This document shows, in pieces, positions 63,355-64,000 of a DNA stretch of 64,000 bases. Made by a program: the position numbers and the translations under genes. The number at the start of each line of letters is the position of its first letter. Within the stretch, counting starts at the first letter, position 1. The notes under the pieces are model-generated. The model saw only the letters and a list, made by a program, of their open reading frames with translations. It had not been told where the DNA came from and did no database searches. This DNA comes from Vicinamibacteria bacterium (GTDB lineage: Bacteria; Acidobacteriota; Vicinamibacteria; Vicinamibacterales; JAENWD01): contig CAWHTD010000009.1 of the NCBI GenBank assembly GCA_963832135.1, forward strand, positions 2,012,166 through 2,076,165, given 5' to 3'.

Positions 63355-64000
63355 CTACGGGAGAGTCACGTTCGTCATGAGATAGGTCGTCACCGACTTC
63401 TTTGGCAGCGTGACCGCGAGCCGGTTGTTCGTAACCGAGACGTTCTTCACTTGCTCCAGGTTCTGGGTCGATGAGGTGCGATACGGCGTCGCGGTGGTGA
63501 TCTGACCGAACAGGCTCAGGTCGTACGTAACTGTCCGATGCGACGTGCCATCGTTGAACGTGACGAGAATCAGTCGTCGGCTCGCGGGATGGTACGCGGC
63601 GAGTGTCTGGGCGTCGCCCGACGCGATGATGCGGTAGCCGGGCCGAATGAACCTCGTGAAGTTCTTGTATCCGTAGTACTGCTTGGCCACCGTCCACTTC
63701 TGTTTGGGATCGAGGTATCTGGCCCAGATCGGCCCCCAACTGCCGTTCTCTTTTTCATTCTGTTCCCAGCTTTCGATCCCGTCCCACAGCAGCCAGGCCG
63801 ATGGTCGGAGGTCGTTCAGGTCACCCACGATCCGCATCGCGAGACTCACGGCTGGCTGGACGTGATTGGGATTCGCGCCGTTGGTTCCCTCACCAGTGGT
63901 GAATTCCGAGTGCCAGAGCTTCTTGCCAGTCGCAGCGGCGGTGTTTCTGAGGGCGGCTGCTTCTGCCGGACTCGTGCCGTACGTATGAGCCGTAATCGTG
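63355..64000 (-). CDS. Glycoside hydrolase family 30-like protein, C-terminal part (gene continues beyond the window end)
   Basis: The frame is open to the window edge: ...TAHTYGTSPAEAAALRNTAAATGKKLWHSEFTTGEG... then ...LLWDGIESW...QYYGYKNFTRFIRPGYRII...TYDLS...AVTLPKKSVTTYLM (beta-sandwich tail). Confidence 0.55.
   Translation of the reverse strand, partial: TITAHTYGTSPAEAAALRNTAAATGKKLWHSEFTTGEGTNGANPNHVQPAVSLAMRIVGDLNDLRPSAWLLWDGIESWEQNEKENGSWGPIWARYLDPKQKWTVAKQYYGYKNFTRFIRPGYRIIASGDAQTLAAYHPASRRLILVTFNDGTSHRTVTYDLSLFGQITTATPYRTSSTQNLEQVKNVSVTNNRLAVTLPKKSVTTYLMTNVTLP

Overview
This is a high-GC (roughly 60-65% by eye) bacterial chromosomal fragment. The gene content suggests a soil Acidobacteria-like organism: CarboxypepD_reg-type TonB-dependent receptors, a CRTAC1/ASPIC-UnbV FG-GAP protein, many TPR proteins and a DUF1501-like protein. 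That taxonomic guess is inference only.

The window has three parts.

(1) 305-~30,330: a tRNA-Asn(GTT) gene is followed by a ~29 kb decayed genomic island. The island is bounded by a perfect 46-bp direct repeat of the tRNA 3' half (335-380 and 29,495-29,540). A graveyard of integrase, IS and att remnants lies at 28.4-30.3 kb. Island cargo comprises:
- a redox/hydrolase cluster with two TetR regulators
- a LeuA-like gene lacking the regulatory domain
- one intact rve-type IS
- a minus-strand cassette at 13.5-19.8 kb, described below
- a HAF-repeat/Calx-beta protein
- a block of clearly decayed genes (23.1-26.6 kb)
- a secreted beta-helix protein

The 13.5-19.8 kb cassette is the most interesting candidate for an undescribed system. 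It encodes a HerA/FtsK-like P-loop ATPase, a small beta-rich protein with a C-terminal TM helix, a signal-anchored protein, and a Pro/Ala-repeat protein. The central domain of the repeat protein carries a deaminase-like HVE...C-x3-C signature. A convergent DUF1877/YfbM gene sits next to the cassette.

(2) 30.3-50.7 kb: a gene-poor stretch with small ORFs, two TonB-dependent receptors (one multiply frameshifted), an IS pseudogene, a LacI regulator, a CRTAC1-like protein, two large TPR proteins, and a Tat-signal DUF1501-like gene translationally coupled to an unassignable 403-aa gene.

(3) 50.7-64.0 kb: a minus-strand galactoside-utilisation operon. Its genes are GH30 (partial), DUF5107-TPR, an MFS sugar porter, GH2, a galT remnant, galK, a GH36 alpha-galactosidase and a mutarotase-like gene.

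I inferred about 20 or more single-nucleotide frameshifts and at least two in-frame stops by stitching ORF-track frames together. They could be genuine decay or assembly indels, and I cannot tell which without reads. No rRNA genes or CRISPR arrays were seen. All family assignments come from motif recognition by eye, not from database searches.
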